This document shows positions 12,051 through 25,000 of a stretch of 64,000 nucleotides of DNA, piece by piece. The DNA lies in NCBI RefSeq assembly GCF_001194135.2, contig NC_068983.1, positions 136,247,099 through 136,311,098 on the forward strand. The letters are read 5' to 3'. The notes beneath the pieces are model-generated. The model saw only the letters and a list, made by a program, of their open reading frames with translations, was not told the DNA's origin and made no database searches. A program made the position numbers and the translations under genes. Position 1 is the first letter of the stretch, and the number at the start of each line of letters is the position of its first letter. The DNA comes from Octopus bimaculoides. Lineage: Eukaryota.

Positions 12051-14894
12051 TATGGGAAACAGTAACCAAATTCCTTCAAATCAAACCATTTTAAATAGAA
12101 AGGACACAGACAATACCCTAGATATACAAAAAGATTGAATGGTCATGGTTGGAAGACTTTTGATCACAGGTCTGCTCAATGAAGCCATGGGTACAACAAC
12201 TGTAACAACAACTATAACAATATAACAACAACAGTTACAGTGATGACATGCAAATACACATACATACACACACACAGATATAACCATCTTCCTCCTATAC
12301 AATTACAAACTGAAGAGTTAAATGGTTATTGTGAAATTAAGCATAAAGATGTTAGTGCTATTAAAATTAAGAATGGAATTAATTTTTTCAATTGATTACA
12401 TTCAAGTGAAATTTTTCAACATTATCCACCACCATCTCATCACATACTTTAACCCCATCTTCTACACCCCAACTACATTATTGTCCATCTCATAGCAGAA
12501 ATCCATTAATAAATCTTAAAAAAAAAAAACTACCTACTACCATTGCTATTTTATCCAGGTTTTGCTCATGGCTTGTTTCTCTAAAAGCAAAAAGTTTCAA
12601 AGAAATAAAAAAAAAAAGAAATTCTTCGGTAATGCACTTAATGAATTCTGTGCAGTGTATTTGCAGGAGTAGTGGACAAAATGTCTTACTGTTTAGTTTC
12701 ATTTTTCTATGTTCTGTTTTATCTATCTCAAAGTCAATAAAATGACTACCACGAAATACACTATGGTTGATGAGTTCAAGAAATTACAAATAGAATTTGA
12801 GTGCTGAATTTAAAGACACCATAACAGTGAGTTTGAGTTTTATAAGAACCTGTTCCTCCTTAATTCTCTCAATGTCTGAGGTGAATATGTTAACATGAAT
12901 ATATTTTTCAGTGTAAGTGCCCTAATGGATGACAATGTTGTTACCCTTAGATTAGAAATAAAACTTCCAAGTTGAAATTCTGTCAGGTATCATATGCACA
13001 TTCACATGACACTCAATGATGATCAAGACATAGAATAGATGTAACCATTTCTGAAGATGTGGTTAGTAGTCTGAAATAGTACTATCTCTTTAATGTATTT
13101 CTTGTGATTCTTCTGGTTCTGAACATAAATTCATATGATGACATAAACAACTGAGAGTAGGTAGAGGCTTCTATGAGTAGGTAAGAAAATATAGAAGATG
13201 CTTATGAACAAAACTAAGAGGTGAATTTCAATTCTGAAGCTCTAACAGGGGGAATTTGTGACATAAATGATGTAAAATAACTCCAAATGGAAGCCAAAAA
13301 CTGCTGACAGTTTATACATATCTTATTTGTGTTCTACAACATTCACATGTAGCATTAATAACAATAGTTGTATGTTCCAAAGCAGGGCACAACTATAAGC
13401 TACAGAAATGCTAATCAGTTTATATACTACTTTTTTAGCTTGCAGTGATGGACTATGCTTTCACATAGCACTATTTACAGCTAAGTACACTGAGCTATCC
13501 TTGTTTAGAACTATTTAGAAACTGATAACTGATCAGGATACCAGCATTCTTATGATTCTGAAACTGCCAAATAATTTTCACTCTGCTATAGCACATATTT
13601 ACAGTTAGATAGGCTATACCATTTAGAGTTAAAATTTTATATAGAGTTGGCAGTAGAGTTATCATTCAATAATTGCTTTAAGCAATGCAGCAACACCTCA
13701 ACTAGGTGTACAAGAAACAGTAAAATATAATAAGAACCAATCATTTGGCAAGACTACAAATTTACTGTAGATTTACATGTTTGTTTCTTCACAACTAAAT
13801 AGAGTTGGACAGTAGAGTAACAAGTATATTTACAAACTGTCTTTGAACGCATTAAAAGTGCAGGGGTAGCATCAGCACCACAGTCATTGCTGCAACTGCC
13901 ACCACCAAGGTATCCGAATTTGGTGTTAAGCCTTGAACTAAATCTGTGAAATTGTCTTGATACTATACCACCGAAAGGAGAGTAAGAACAATCTATAAAT
14001 TAATCTTTTACTGATTTCAGTCAATGGGATGTTGCAATGCTAGGGTACTTTTATTCATTCATTTATGATGTCATTTTAAAAAAAAGAGTTTAAAATATAA
14101 TATTCAATTTGTAAAAAGAAGAAATGCTATTTTAAATGCTTGTTAAGTTGTAGCACCATCTGTCATCTGAAAATGAATGAGATAATATAATTACACATTA
14201 CAAGCTGAAATTATAATTCAGGTTCTAACTCTAGTTGTAGAATATTGCATGTTATTGAAACAATAGAATTCTTAGCCATTCCAGAAATCGGTGATTATTA
14301 AAATATATTTTCACAAAGGAAAAATTGACAGTGACTTTGAGGTTTTACTGTGGGTTATTAAAATATGAAAGTAGATGATGGCAACACCCGAAACTTTAAA
14401 CTACCTTTGATACATGAAGTGAATCTTGTTGCAAGCCAACTTAGGTGAGAAACTTTCAGCTTTGCTACTGTTTCTTTCACTTTGTTTTGTAATTGCTATT
14501 GTAACACAATACTATTTCTATTTAACTGTTTGTTCAGCATGTAGCATTTGTTAAGCAAAATATATATTCCTAAATTTACAGTACCTAATTGTTAATTAGA
14601 ATTGGTGGCATATGCAAAATCTATTATTTTTTTAATGAAAAGATGAAACATTTTTATTCACTTTTAACATTTTTTATGTTTGAAAAATAAAAAATAAAAT
14701 AAAAATAATAGTAAAAAAATATTGACTTAAATTTGGCTTTAAGTTTTAGAGCTTCAACTTTACAAAAATATGAAAAATAGAAACACACTTATTTGTGTAG
14801 TTCAGCAGTTTTTATATTTATTTCATTTTTTTTTCATTGATGAGAAGCATATATGTGCATGTCTATGTATGTATGCACATACATACATACATAC

Positions 14895-15800
14895 ACATAA
14901 TGTCCTGATGAGGAAACTGAACTTTTTAAAAACAAATTTATTGCTTTACTTATAATTAAAGTTATTGTCTTGAAATTAGTTGTATCCACTATTGACACAC
15001 CACCTCCAACATTCTTATCCAAATTTGGAGCATGTTTTCTTGGATAATATGCAGTTCACATTGTGAATTTTGTTGAAACTCTTCCATCATCTGAAATCAT
15101 TGATTCTTCAGGATTTTTCAGGATGGGTTTAAAAGAAAAAAACACAAGTGGGGGAAGACTGCAGGGAATAAATTTGGAGTGTAGAGCAGCTAGGGACATG
15201 AATCATCTCACATTTTGCCAAAATGTAATTAATAAAGAGTGCCATATGATCAGATGCATTGTTGAGGTGTAGCATTGAAATTTTGTTTGTCTATATGTCA
15301 TATTTGAGTGACTCTGATGTGCATTATTTGATTGCAGAGATGATGATTAAAACCACTGTGATGACTGACTTTTTGATTTAACATCATAACTGTACACCTA
15401 AGTTTTGTCACTTGTTAGAAAATTTTTCAGCAAGTTCCACCAGCATTTAAATGATCAAACAGCTTCTGCTTGATATAGTTATCTTACTGTCCATTCATCA
15501 GCAAATGAGGCAAAAATTTTGCAGGAAAATTTACTTCAATTTTTCTTTATAAAATCATATGGAAACTTCACAGGCTGTTCAGCAATAAGTTTCACAAATC
15601 ATTGCACATGGCACATGTTTTTACAATGTGATTGTCATCTATGTTTGAGTATAAATTCAGTAGATGTTCTTCCTAATTTGAAGTGCTAGTATTACTCATG
15701 ATAATGTATACAGCTCAAACAGTTTTCTCTGCTGGCCTCTTGCACCATTAGAAAAAGTCTATATAAACTTTTCCAAATTTGAAACAATTTCACTCAAACA
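14895..15800 (-). mobile_element. Degenerate mariner transposase remnant
   Basis: Minus-strand fragments AKFLPHLL, TSDKT*VYSYDVKSKSQSSQW (cf. TGDETWVYxYDxETKxQSSQW), HLNNASDH (cf. HHDNAPAH) and EEFQQNSQCEL. Many stops; boundaries approximate. Confidence 0.75.
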
Positions 15801-16029
15801 ATATAACTTATGATGTACTGATTTTCACAAGCATATACAAAAATATGTGGGCTTCCATATAGTTTCTGAAAGCTGCATTCCATTCAGAAGGCATGGCTCA
15901 ATTTAATGCTTTAGCAGAAGTCACCTGCCCAAGGAACCAAGTAAGGAGATTGAACTCTGAGCAACCACTTGATTGAAGAGTAGACACTTTAATCCCATAG
16001 TTATGTATGTGTGTGTGTGTTTTATATAT

Positions 16030-16085
16030 CATTATCATCATCGTTTAACGTCCATTTTCTATGCTAGCATGGGTTGGACAGGTTA
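16030..16085 (-). mobile_element. Repeat family A 3' tail fragment
   Basis: atcatcatcgtttaacgtccattttctatgctagcatgggttggac. Confidence 0.75.
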
Positions 16086-16139
16086 CACATATATTTATGT
16101 ATTCTTGGTGTTCTAGGCAAACAAGAACAAAAACGCAAT

Positions 16140-16800
16140 GGGTTCTTGGCCCCATGAAGCTATTGGTTGGTTTCCCCAGCTGATGACAACAAACAGATGT
16201 AACGGTTCAAGGGATTAAAATCAACAGAACTTGGAAGTCTACTTGGGAGGGGTGTCACATGATCACACAATTCTCTGGGGTCGTGCTGGACATGAACTAC
16301 CATCTTCTTATCACATAGGACCCATACCTTATGATAAAGGACTCTGCTGCATTGCACTACTTGGCAATGGCTCTCATCAACTCACTGACTTTGTTGTTGA
16401 TGATGTTCTGGACCTGTTGGATGAACTTGGCCATCCTAACTTTTGATTACTAGGAATGTTTCTTTCACTTGGTCACAATGACACAACCCTGCCAAAGGCA
16501 TCCCGCTCTTTCCCAAACTTTGAATATGAAGGGCCCGGCTATATTCATGTAGCTGGAGGTCTCTGCGTTGCTGTAGATTGTGGCAAGAGGCAAGAGCACA
16601 ACATGCCTTTGTATTTGCTGAATCACATTGGAATCTACCATGTTGATGCTGTCAATGCATCTGAAAGAGAAATGAGAAAATTAAAATTTGGTGCAGGCTG
16701 CGTAACATTATGTGAGGTCATCTTCCAGTTTATGGCCCACAAAAGTTGTGTTAACAAATAAGTTTTAGTTCTGGTTGAATTGTATCATGACGTGAGAGAT
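16140..16800 (-). mobile_element. Internally deleted Tc1/mariner remnant (maT/DD37D-like)
   Basis: Minus-strand translation from ATG 16641 gives MVDSNVIQQIQRHVV..KFIQQVQNIINN..MRAIAK..YGSYVIRR (HTH region, with stops). It is joined to PSSVDFNPLNRYI..GETN, a degenerate WPPSSPDLNPLDY motif. Most of the catalytic core is missing and TIRs were not identified. Confidence 0.75.
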
Positions 16801-16864
16801 TGCTAATTTGGTAACACCATAGAAATTCTGGAAAACATCATTAAAATATACAATATGTGACTCT

Positions 16865-17010
16865 TTCGCATCATATACATATATATGTATGTGTATGTAT
16901 ATATATATATATATGGCATACATATGTATGTGTATATATATGTGTGTATATGTGTAATTGTTTATATATATATAGATATATATATACATATGCATATATA
17001 CACACATATA
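16865..17010. repeat. Compound (AT)/(GT)/(AC) microsatellite
   Basis: Direct inspection. Confidence 0.9.
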
Positions 17011-17239
17011 TCTTAATGTTTATTTTTATGCATAATTAAATCGAAAGAAAAACGGTCAAACATTAAACTGAAGAATTGCTCAATACTTTTCTCTAGTCTT
17101 TCATATTTATTTGATTTTTATAAAGAAAAAGTTGACAACTACTTCAAAGTTTCAGCTATGCAGACCTCATCATTTGATGCTAATCTTTATAGTAGAAGTA
17201 ACTGGCAAACATTTCCTTGTAAATATAAATATGTCTATG

Positions 17240-17289
17240 TGTGTATGTGTGTGGATACACACACACACACATATATATATATACATATG

Positions 17290-17344
<55 letters not shown>
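17240..17344. repeat. (GT)(AC)(AT)n microsatellite
   Basis: Direct inspection. Confidence 0.95.
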
Positions 17345-17347
<3 letters not shown>

Positions 17348-17975
17348 GAATTTGAAATCGAACCGAATCCAACGACTGGCACCCATGCCAACCTCACCTT
17401 CATTGGACACTAAACTCTGCTTGTGAAGACCTGTTGAGGCAAGTGAGATTGAAATCATAATTGAACCATACTCGATGACTGGCACCTGAACTAGTGGAGC
17501 ACTAACTGCACTGTCTGAGCGTGATCATTGCCAGAGCAGCTGTCTGGCTTCTGTGCTAGTGGCCTGTAAATAACACCATTTGAGCGTAATCGTTACCAGC
17601 ATTGCCTTCTAGCACTTGTGCTGGTGGCACGTTAGAAAATCATTTGAGCGAGGTCGATGCCAATGCCACTGGACTGGCTCCCGTGCAGGTGGCACGTAAA
17701 AAACACCTTTTTGAGTATAGCTGCTGCCAGTACCATGTGACTGGCCCTCGTGCCAGTGGCACGTAAAAGNNNNNNNNNNGTGACTGGCCCTCGTGCCAGT
17801 GGCACGTAAAAGTACCCACTACACTCTCAGAGTGGTTGGCATTAGGAAGGGCATCCAGCTGTAGAAACTCTGCCAGATCAGATTGGAGCCTGATGCAGCC
17901 TTCTGGCTTGCCAGTCCTCAGTCAAATCGTCCAACCCATGCTAGCATTGAAAGTGGACGTTAAACAATTATGATG
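17345..17975 (+). mobile_element. Repeat family A (RTE 3' tail / SINE), well-preserved copy with internal ~65-bp minisatellite
   Basis: Four degenerate ~65-bp units (17515-17769, ..gtggcacgtaaaa..ttgagc..). Then the family core ggaagggcatccagctgtagaaac..gtccaacccatgctagcat..gacgttaaac and a (gat)n tail, shared with other copies in the window. Confidence 0.8.
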
Positions 17976-20419
17976 ATAATATGTATGTGCATTCATACAC
18001 ACAACTACATACACACATGTATATACTCATCTAAGAATCCATAAGCCATAAAATATAAGCAGTCATGTATTTGTCAACAGAATGGGTATTTTTTCCTTAC
18101 CTGCCACCTCCAGTGAATACACTTATTACTGTCCAGATTCAACTATGTACCCAAAGTTGATTGCTTGTGTATTATCCTAAAACTTGTATTTCCCTTCTGT
18201 TCTAAGTGTTTATTATTTCTGTGCATATATATCAAATAATATACCATACTAGAAAACAAATGTTAGCATTGATTTTGAAACAAAATATTGAAGATACTTC
18301 TTCTGTCAATGACCTCGACTTTAAGTCATATTTATCTTGCTAGTTCTTGTATGTTGTTTTGGTTCTTACGATAGGAGGTGTGATATGAGGATAATTTAGC
18401 TAGTATTTCTAGTATATCAAATAATTGTGTAGAAATTCCTTCAGTTTACAGCAATTCTATAATATAATGTTACTTATACATATTTTATCAACTCTAAATG
18501 GGAAGGAAAACTCTGATAGTATTTAGACTAAGAACATAAAAAAAAAGATATAAATACTGTAAGACATGCATTTAATATTAGTAAAATTTCAACAAAATTA
18601 GGATATGAAAAATGCTTACCAAACTTCTTTTTGGGGAATTATATCTGTAACTAATAACTTGGATCTGAAAGTTTCGCTGTTTGGTAAGACAGTTCCATTG
18701 TGAAATAAAAAACAAAATTGTTATCTCTTTACTATGTTTTTGTTTTTTCTTCTGAATTTCTAAATAAATAAATAAGTCCTCTTCTTACTGAAAATTTCCA
18801 ATTTCTAAACCTATGTAGTGTCCTTTCTTTTCTTCTCCTCAAAGATATCTATATTAGAAGCTTTGCTCAATATACTGAGCTCAGTTTGACTTCATTAGAA
18901 GTTTCTACCATCTTCCTTCTGTCTCTTCCAATATAGAATATGTGTCTCCACAAACCTTGTAAATATCAATAACTGAACTTCATTTGAAGGACTACCACTG
19001 CCATATATCCTCTTAGTAAAAAATATGCTCCTCTTTAATCACTAGAGTCTACACAGCCAGTGAGTAATTCCAGTTTCAGAGTTGAGTGGATGCTAGTGTA
19101 TCACAAGTAACTTATCATGGGAATGATTGAACTCAACACTTCATCAAACACAATCTTCCTTTCAACTGTATCGCCCCTATTTACAATGGGTACCTATTTA
19201 GAATTATGTGAATTTGGCTGTTGAGAGCTACATATTTTATTTGACCATGTGAACCAAATTGATCATTCAAAGCTACATGTAAAGTACATATTTTTGGCTA
19301 CAAGAACGAAAACAAAAAAGCACAAAAATGCACTACAAAACAACCTTAAATATCTGGAGAAACTAAAACTAACTATTGACAATGCTTAAACAGACAATAA
19401 AAAGTGGAAGAATGGAAAATGTGAAAAGAAATTGTTATGGGCATCTAAGCAGGAAAGTTGGGAGATATGGAACACCTTAAGGTCACTCTACTTAAAGAAT
19501 TTATACTAATGATGATGTATTTTGATCACAGACACAACAGTATGTCAATGACAAGATATGAGTTTAATACTCCTTGACTGGTTTTACTGTACCATATCAA
19601 TTTAGTTAATCATCACTAACCACAATACAAGACATAAATTGCATTAATATTTCTTTTGCCATCCATACTTCTGATTACCAATGTCTCCCATGGGTTACAG
19701 GTAATATTCCATCTTCTTCAGACATGATGTTAAGAAAAGTAAAATAAATAAATAGAAAAATTAAAATATTTTACTCCGTTGATAAATGTGTGCAAGGAGA
19801 AATTTACTGCAAAGCTAATGGAAAGAATTAAAAAATTTAAAAAAAACGAAATTATTTTGAAAGAAAGTTTGCTAATGTTAGTTTCTTTTTATGCTTCATT
19901 TCATCAAAACAATTATGATAAACTACAGAACAACTACACAATTTTATTTTTGCTTTTTAATATTATTTTTACTTTAGAATTTTTTCTCAAGGGTAATGGT
20001 AAATTGGTAAGCTTAGCTAATGTCCTTGAGAAAGGCATGAATGTCATAATATCCTTTTTACACTTCCCTGTATCATAAATACAATTTAATACTAGCAATT
20101 AATACTTAAAAAAAACAAATAAACAAAACATTTCCTTCCTTTGATTTCACAACAATTTTTTTGTTTGTTTTATCATTATAAGTTAGTCAGGGACAATGTA
20201 ACACTGCCAGTGACCATCACAAGCCCTTACAGACTGATGTAGCAGATATCAAATCTGAACATCTGCTGGCCAATAATTAACTATGGTACACTTGAAAACT
20301 GAAACAAAGTTGAACTGAAGTTGTACTTTGGATGTTATTGTTTTGTTAAGAAAAATTTAGCAAAGAACAGGATTGAAGGGATACTTATAAGTAAATGGAC
20401 AATGATTTATGACAGACAT

Positions 20420-20670
20420 TCAGCCTGAAATTTGGGGGAGGAGGTTAGTTGGTTACTTTAACTTCAGTACTTCACTGGTACTTCATTTTACTATCTCCTA
20501 AAAGACAAAAGGCAAAGTTGACCATAGCAGAATGTCAGTAACATGACTATGACAAGGCATTTTGTCTGATGTATTTAGGGGAGGGGTTTAATCAATTTAA
20601 TCAACCCCAGTACTTGACTGGCACTATATTCCAAGTTCAGATTCCACTAAGATCAGTTTTGCCTTTCACC
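20420..20670. mobile_element. Cluster of family C SINE fragments in both orientations
   Basis: ttcagtacttcactggtacttcatttta..aaaggcaaagttgacc (-), caaccccagtacttgactggcact (-), gttcagattccac..gttttgcctttca (+). Confidence 0.55.
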
Positions 20671-22781
20671 TACCATTTCTGGCAAAACCCTCCACACTGA
20701 TGAAGAGTTCTGTTTGAAATGTTAGATTCCTCATCTTCCTTCCTGTATATGATTTATCTCACTGTTTAAGTAATTAACAGATGACAGGGTTAAGTATAAT
20801 AAGGTGTTATTTCCTTCAAATCTTTAAATGAATAAATGCCAATGTCTATTACATAATACTTTAAGTATACTCCAAAATATCAACACTGTATTTTAAGTGA
20901 ATATGTAAAATATAGTGAGTATTAGAATTAACAGATGCTGGAAATTTATTTTTTCCTACATACAGTTATATTTATGTATAGCTACAACCAAACACTTATG
21001 ATGATACATTTACAAATACCTGTTTTCTAAATTACACATGAACATTTACAAATAGACATTAACAAATATAGAATGTATAGGTGCACAACAATTATGTTAT
21101 TTAATCATACTAGACTATGGACCAGAATTATTACTGCTGTGGCAACTATGATAGAGTGTGCAATAATAAAGGGAGTTGGGGTAAACAAAGTGTAGGCGGA
21201 CATGTTGGTAAAGCAAGACTTAAGACATATTTTTCTTGGAACTTATTTAGCTTCTGTCTTTTCTTCATCACTTATGTTCTAAAAGATACCCTGCAGAGAT
21301 TGAACTCCTGTTGATCCTTTTGATTTTATGATTTCTTTGAAAGCAAGGAGGATATATTTGAATATTTTTTGTACCTACTCAAGGCTTTTAAAAGAGATTT
21401 GCACTTAGTACTAAGAAAATATGAAAATAATTAGTGTTCCTACAGTGTTTCTGTAATCTACAGTGTAGAATTGGGCTAACAGTAGTGCCTAATAGCTAGA
21501 GGAATTATTGTTAGCATGATTCAACTTAAAGTCATTTGGCCATAAAATAACAAAGTGTATTCACCAGTGACAAGAATGAGCTATCACTTTTTCATCAGCA
21601 TTCTCACACATTGGGCAACTACAACTATTTTGAATCTATCAACATAAAATATCATGATCAGTTTTCTATGATTTAACATAGATACTTTTGTTGGTAAAAT
21701 ATAGAAATATGTACGTTTCATTTTGAACAACCTGAAGAATTATTTCATGAGACCATGTTGATGTTGCTTCATAGTGAAGGTATGATATATAGCATTCAAG
21801 TCCTGTTATTTTAATCCATCCAAATTTGTAAACTGTCAGTTGCAAATCCTAAACTGAAGGGTTCAATGAGAAAGATTAAGATAATAAACAGAAAATGTGG
21901 CTTCGCCTCAAGTGAATATTAATTACATTTTCATTAGCTGTAGCTTTCTGTTGTCATTACATTTCAAATTTAAATGCTAGCTTTGGTCATGAAATAGTTT
22001 ATAAACTTAGCTGTGGAAACAGTCTTATGGTTATGATTTCAACATTATTTTGGCATCTTTGCATGTTTGGTATTCACCAGCTTAAGGAATCTCTTAAGAT
22101 AGACAATTAATCAGGAAATCATACTGGAAGGAACCTCAAATAGACAAAGTTTGCTTTTCATACTCATTCAAAGCCAAGATGCATTTTACATATACTAATT
22201 AACTTGCCTAGCTACAAATACCATAGGTCATTTCCAAGGAAGGATATCTGATGGCAAATATATTTATATTTATTGATGCTCACCTCAGTCTTTAACTTCT
22301 TCATTAAGCAGTTATTTAAGCATAAGAACTTAGGTAAATATTTTCCCCATGAAAATAGTCTGTTCTTTGTTTAGGATACATATCAATAACTCAAGAACCA
22401 AGTATTCATTGCTTTACTTTGTTTCTGTTTTTGACATCCATTTTTCTATGCTAGTATAAGTGAGAGGTTATTATTTTTTTTTTTTGCTTATTTTGAGGCA
22501 ATTTTTCAGACAACAGGCTGATTTATCTAAATGTAAGCTTCTCATCCATAAAGTATGAATGGAAATTGTCAGTCAGGAAAACCACCTCATGCAAAAATAT
22601 GTGCTTGGATCAAAATAGCTGTAATAGCAATTATGTCTCACCTTGGTTTATTAACTAACAATATGAATATTATTAATTATAGGCATTCAGTCCCCATTTT
22701 TGCACCATCAAATATCCTGTTACAACCATTAAGCCCCTTTTAGTTACATCTACAGTATTTTCCTTTCAATGCTGAGTAATA

Positions 22782-24073
22782 CAGGGTGAGGTAGAGAGGA
22801 CAGATGTTTTGGAAATGGCTATTACTCAGCCTCAGGAAGAGAGACATATGTCCAACAAATACCATTTGGTCCATGGTGCCTTAACATTTTCTTTTCTTTC
22901 CAGGTGAAGCCATGGCATAGTGGATGATAGAGCATCACATGTTTGCCTATGAGAGTTAGGTGAAGAATAATGAGTCTGTCACAGCAGTTCAGTGTGAGTT
23001 TCGGCACCACTTCAACATTCACTGAAATCAGGCTGTTCCCACCCATAACACAATCTTATGTTGAATGAATGCACTTTGTACACGAGGTACACTAATGAAT
23101 AGGACACCGGTGGGGGTGCCACGAACAGTACAGACCTTGGAAAATGTGGAACGCATCAGACAAGCTTTGATACAGAGTCTGAATCACTCTGCTTGGAGGC
23201 ATTCCACTGAACTTGGCATTGATAATCAATTGGAATGGCATATTTTGCATGAAGACCTGCATTTTCACCTGTACAAATTCGTCATTGAGCAACAGTTGAA
23301 ACCATGGGACAGTGGCTTAACTTCACACATCAGATGGAAGCAATTTTTGAGGCAAATGACCTCATTTTGTTAATGAGTGATGTAGCTCATTTTCATCTCA
23401 ATGGCATGGTGAATCAACAGAACTGTCGTTACTGGGCTCTTGAAAATCCGAGAGAACTGCACAGCTCAAAAGTGACAGTCTGGTGTGCTGTTGCAAAAGC
23501 TGCCGTCATTGGTCCTTACTTTTTTGAAGACAATAACAGAAATGCTGTTACTATGAACTCCAAGCATTACATCGAAATGATAAACAACTTCTTTGTGCTT
23601 GAATTATGACAAAAACGTATGCCTGTTTGATGTGTGTGGTTTCAGCAGGATGGGGTGATGGCCCACACAGCCAGAACATCAATGGTGACTGCCTCATTTC
23701 CAGGTTTGCTGACATTCCTTGACACCCACCAGTCCCCTGATTTGTCCATGTGTGATTATTTCTTGTGAGTAAACCTCAAGGCACGTGTATATGTGCATAA
23801 GGCCCGTACATTGAACGATTTGAAGGAAGCTATTCGCATGGAAGTTATTCAAATCGACAGCAATACAGGAGAGAGTAGAGGCCAAATTCCAAGAATTCCT
23901 TCAGAAATGCATCAATGAAAACGGACACCACATGATGGATGTTGTTTTTCACACTTGATTTTGACAAATGTTAATTCAATACGAACACATTGATGTCAAT
24001 AAAATTTGTTTGCAGCTAAAATTAATGATTTTGTGAATTTTTCAAAACCATCCGTCCTCTCTGCCCCACCCTG
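22782..24073 (+). mobile_element. Full-length but inactivated Tc1/mariner DNA transposon, rosa/DD41D-like
   Basis: Imperfect ~33-bp TIRs (CAGGGTGAGGTAGAGAGGACAGATG.. at left, ..CATCCGTCCTCTCTGCCCCACCCTG at right), with TA on the left and GA on the right. The transposase runs ~22912-23957 with stops and frameshifts. Motifs: SDVAHFHLNGMVNQQNCRYWA, KVTVWCA, IGPYFFE, WFQQDG, SPDLSMCDYFL. Confidence 0.9.
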
Positions 24074-24639
24074 GATATTTAATAATTCATTTCAGGAATC
24101 TTTTACTAAGAATCTTTCTGATTTGGTGGAATCATACAAAATTTGAAATACTTATTTGTAAAAGCATAAAGGGAGTAATTTTAGAGAAGAAAATGAGAAT
24201 TGTGACATTCATATTTGGCCCCAAAGTATTTGTAATTTAAGTGACTATGCAACAGTATACAGATTTATCTTGTGATAAAATGATAAAACAGGACCAATGT
24301 AATATCTCCAAATGTCATCCGTACTCTCAACTATACTCAAATGATTTGAGTGAGAGGGAACCCATCCTTTCTATTGCTTTGCTACCAATGAAAAACAACA
24401 ACATGAAAAGAGAAAGGAAAAAAAGAGATAATTAGTTCTATCTTATATCTCCAATATATATATAATAACATCCAACACATGAATAGGTAGCTCTATTTTT
24501 GTTATAATTGCCTCTGTAATTGTTTCTTCTCTTGAATCATTACTGATCTATATATAGCTTCTTAGCTAGCTTGGGGTAGATGATTGTTCACTCACTCAAA
24601 ACACACCACACCTGCCTCCTCTTCCCCATCATTATTGCT

Positions 24640-25000
24640 TTAACAGCTGTTTCTTCTCCATGATTTCAGGTGTTTGACACATAGCATAGTATCCTTGTGC
24701 ATATATGTTACACCATATTATCTGTCAAGGTGAAACTCCTAGATCTGTCTTAACTACTTCATCCCAAGTGTTTCTTAGACTGCCCTTCATCATAACTCAC
24801 GTTTTTCACTCAACATGCATCATCCTTTCACATTCTTTTTCTATAGTGTTTTCAGTATATATCATTTGACTTCACATCACAAACTTAACTTGAATACAAA
24901 TATCCTCATTGATTTTGCTCTGAATGTAAGCACTCATAATTGTCATTTCACTATGAGAGTTTACTGAAGCACTGCTTTTTAAAAATTCAGTTCATTTTGT
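24640..25000 (-). mobile_element. RTE-clade LINE C-terminal fragment
   Basis: Minus strand KGSLRNTWDEVVKTDL, cf. RTE GRPRKTWDEVVRxDL. The rest is highly decayed. Confidence 0.55.

Noticed and set aside
12538-12580. Minus-strand exon-like segment ETSHEQNLDKIAMV with a strong acceptor
   Set aside because: In frame with the Dcp1 exon but not the expected exon-3 sequence. The donor is ambiguous and the acceptor derives from a poly-A run.
17515-17812. Regularly spaced ~65-bp repeats superficially like a CRISPR array
   Set aside because: The units are degenerate along their whole length with no unique spacers, they sit inside a eukaryotic retro-element tail, and there are no cas genes.
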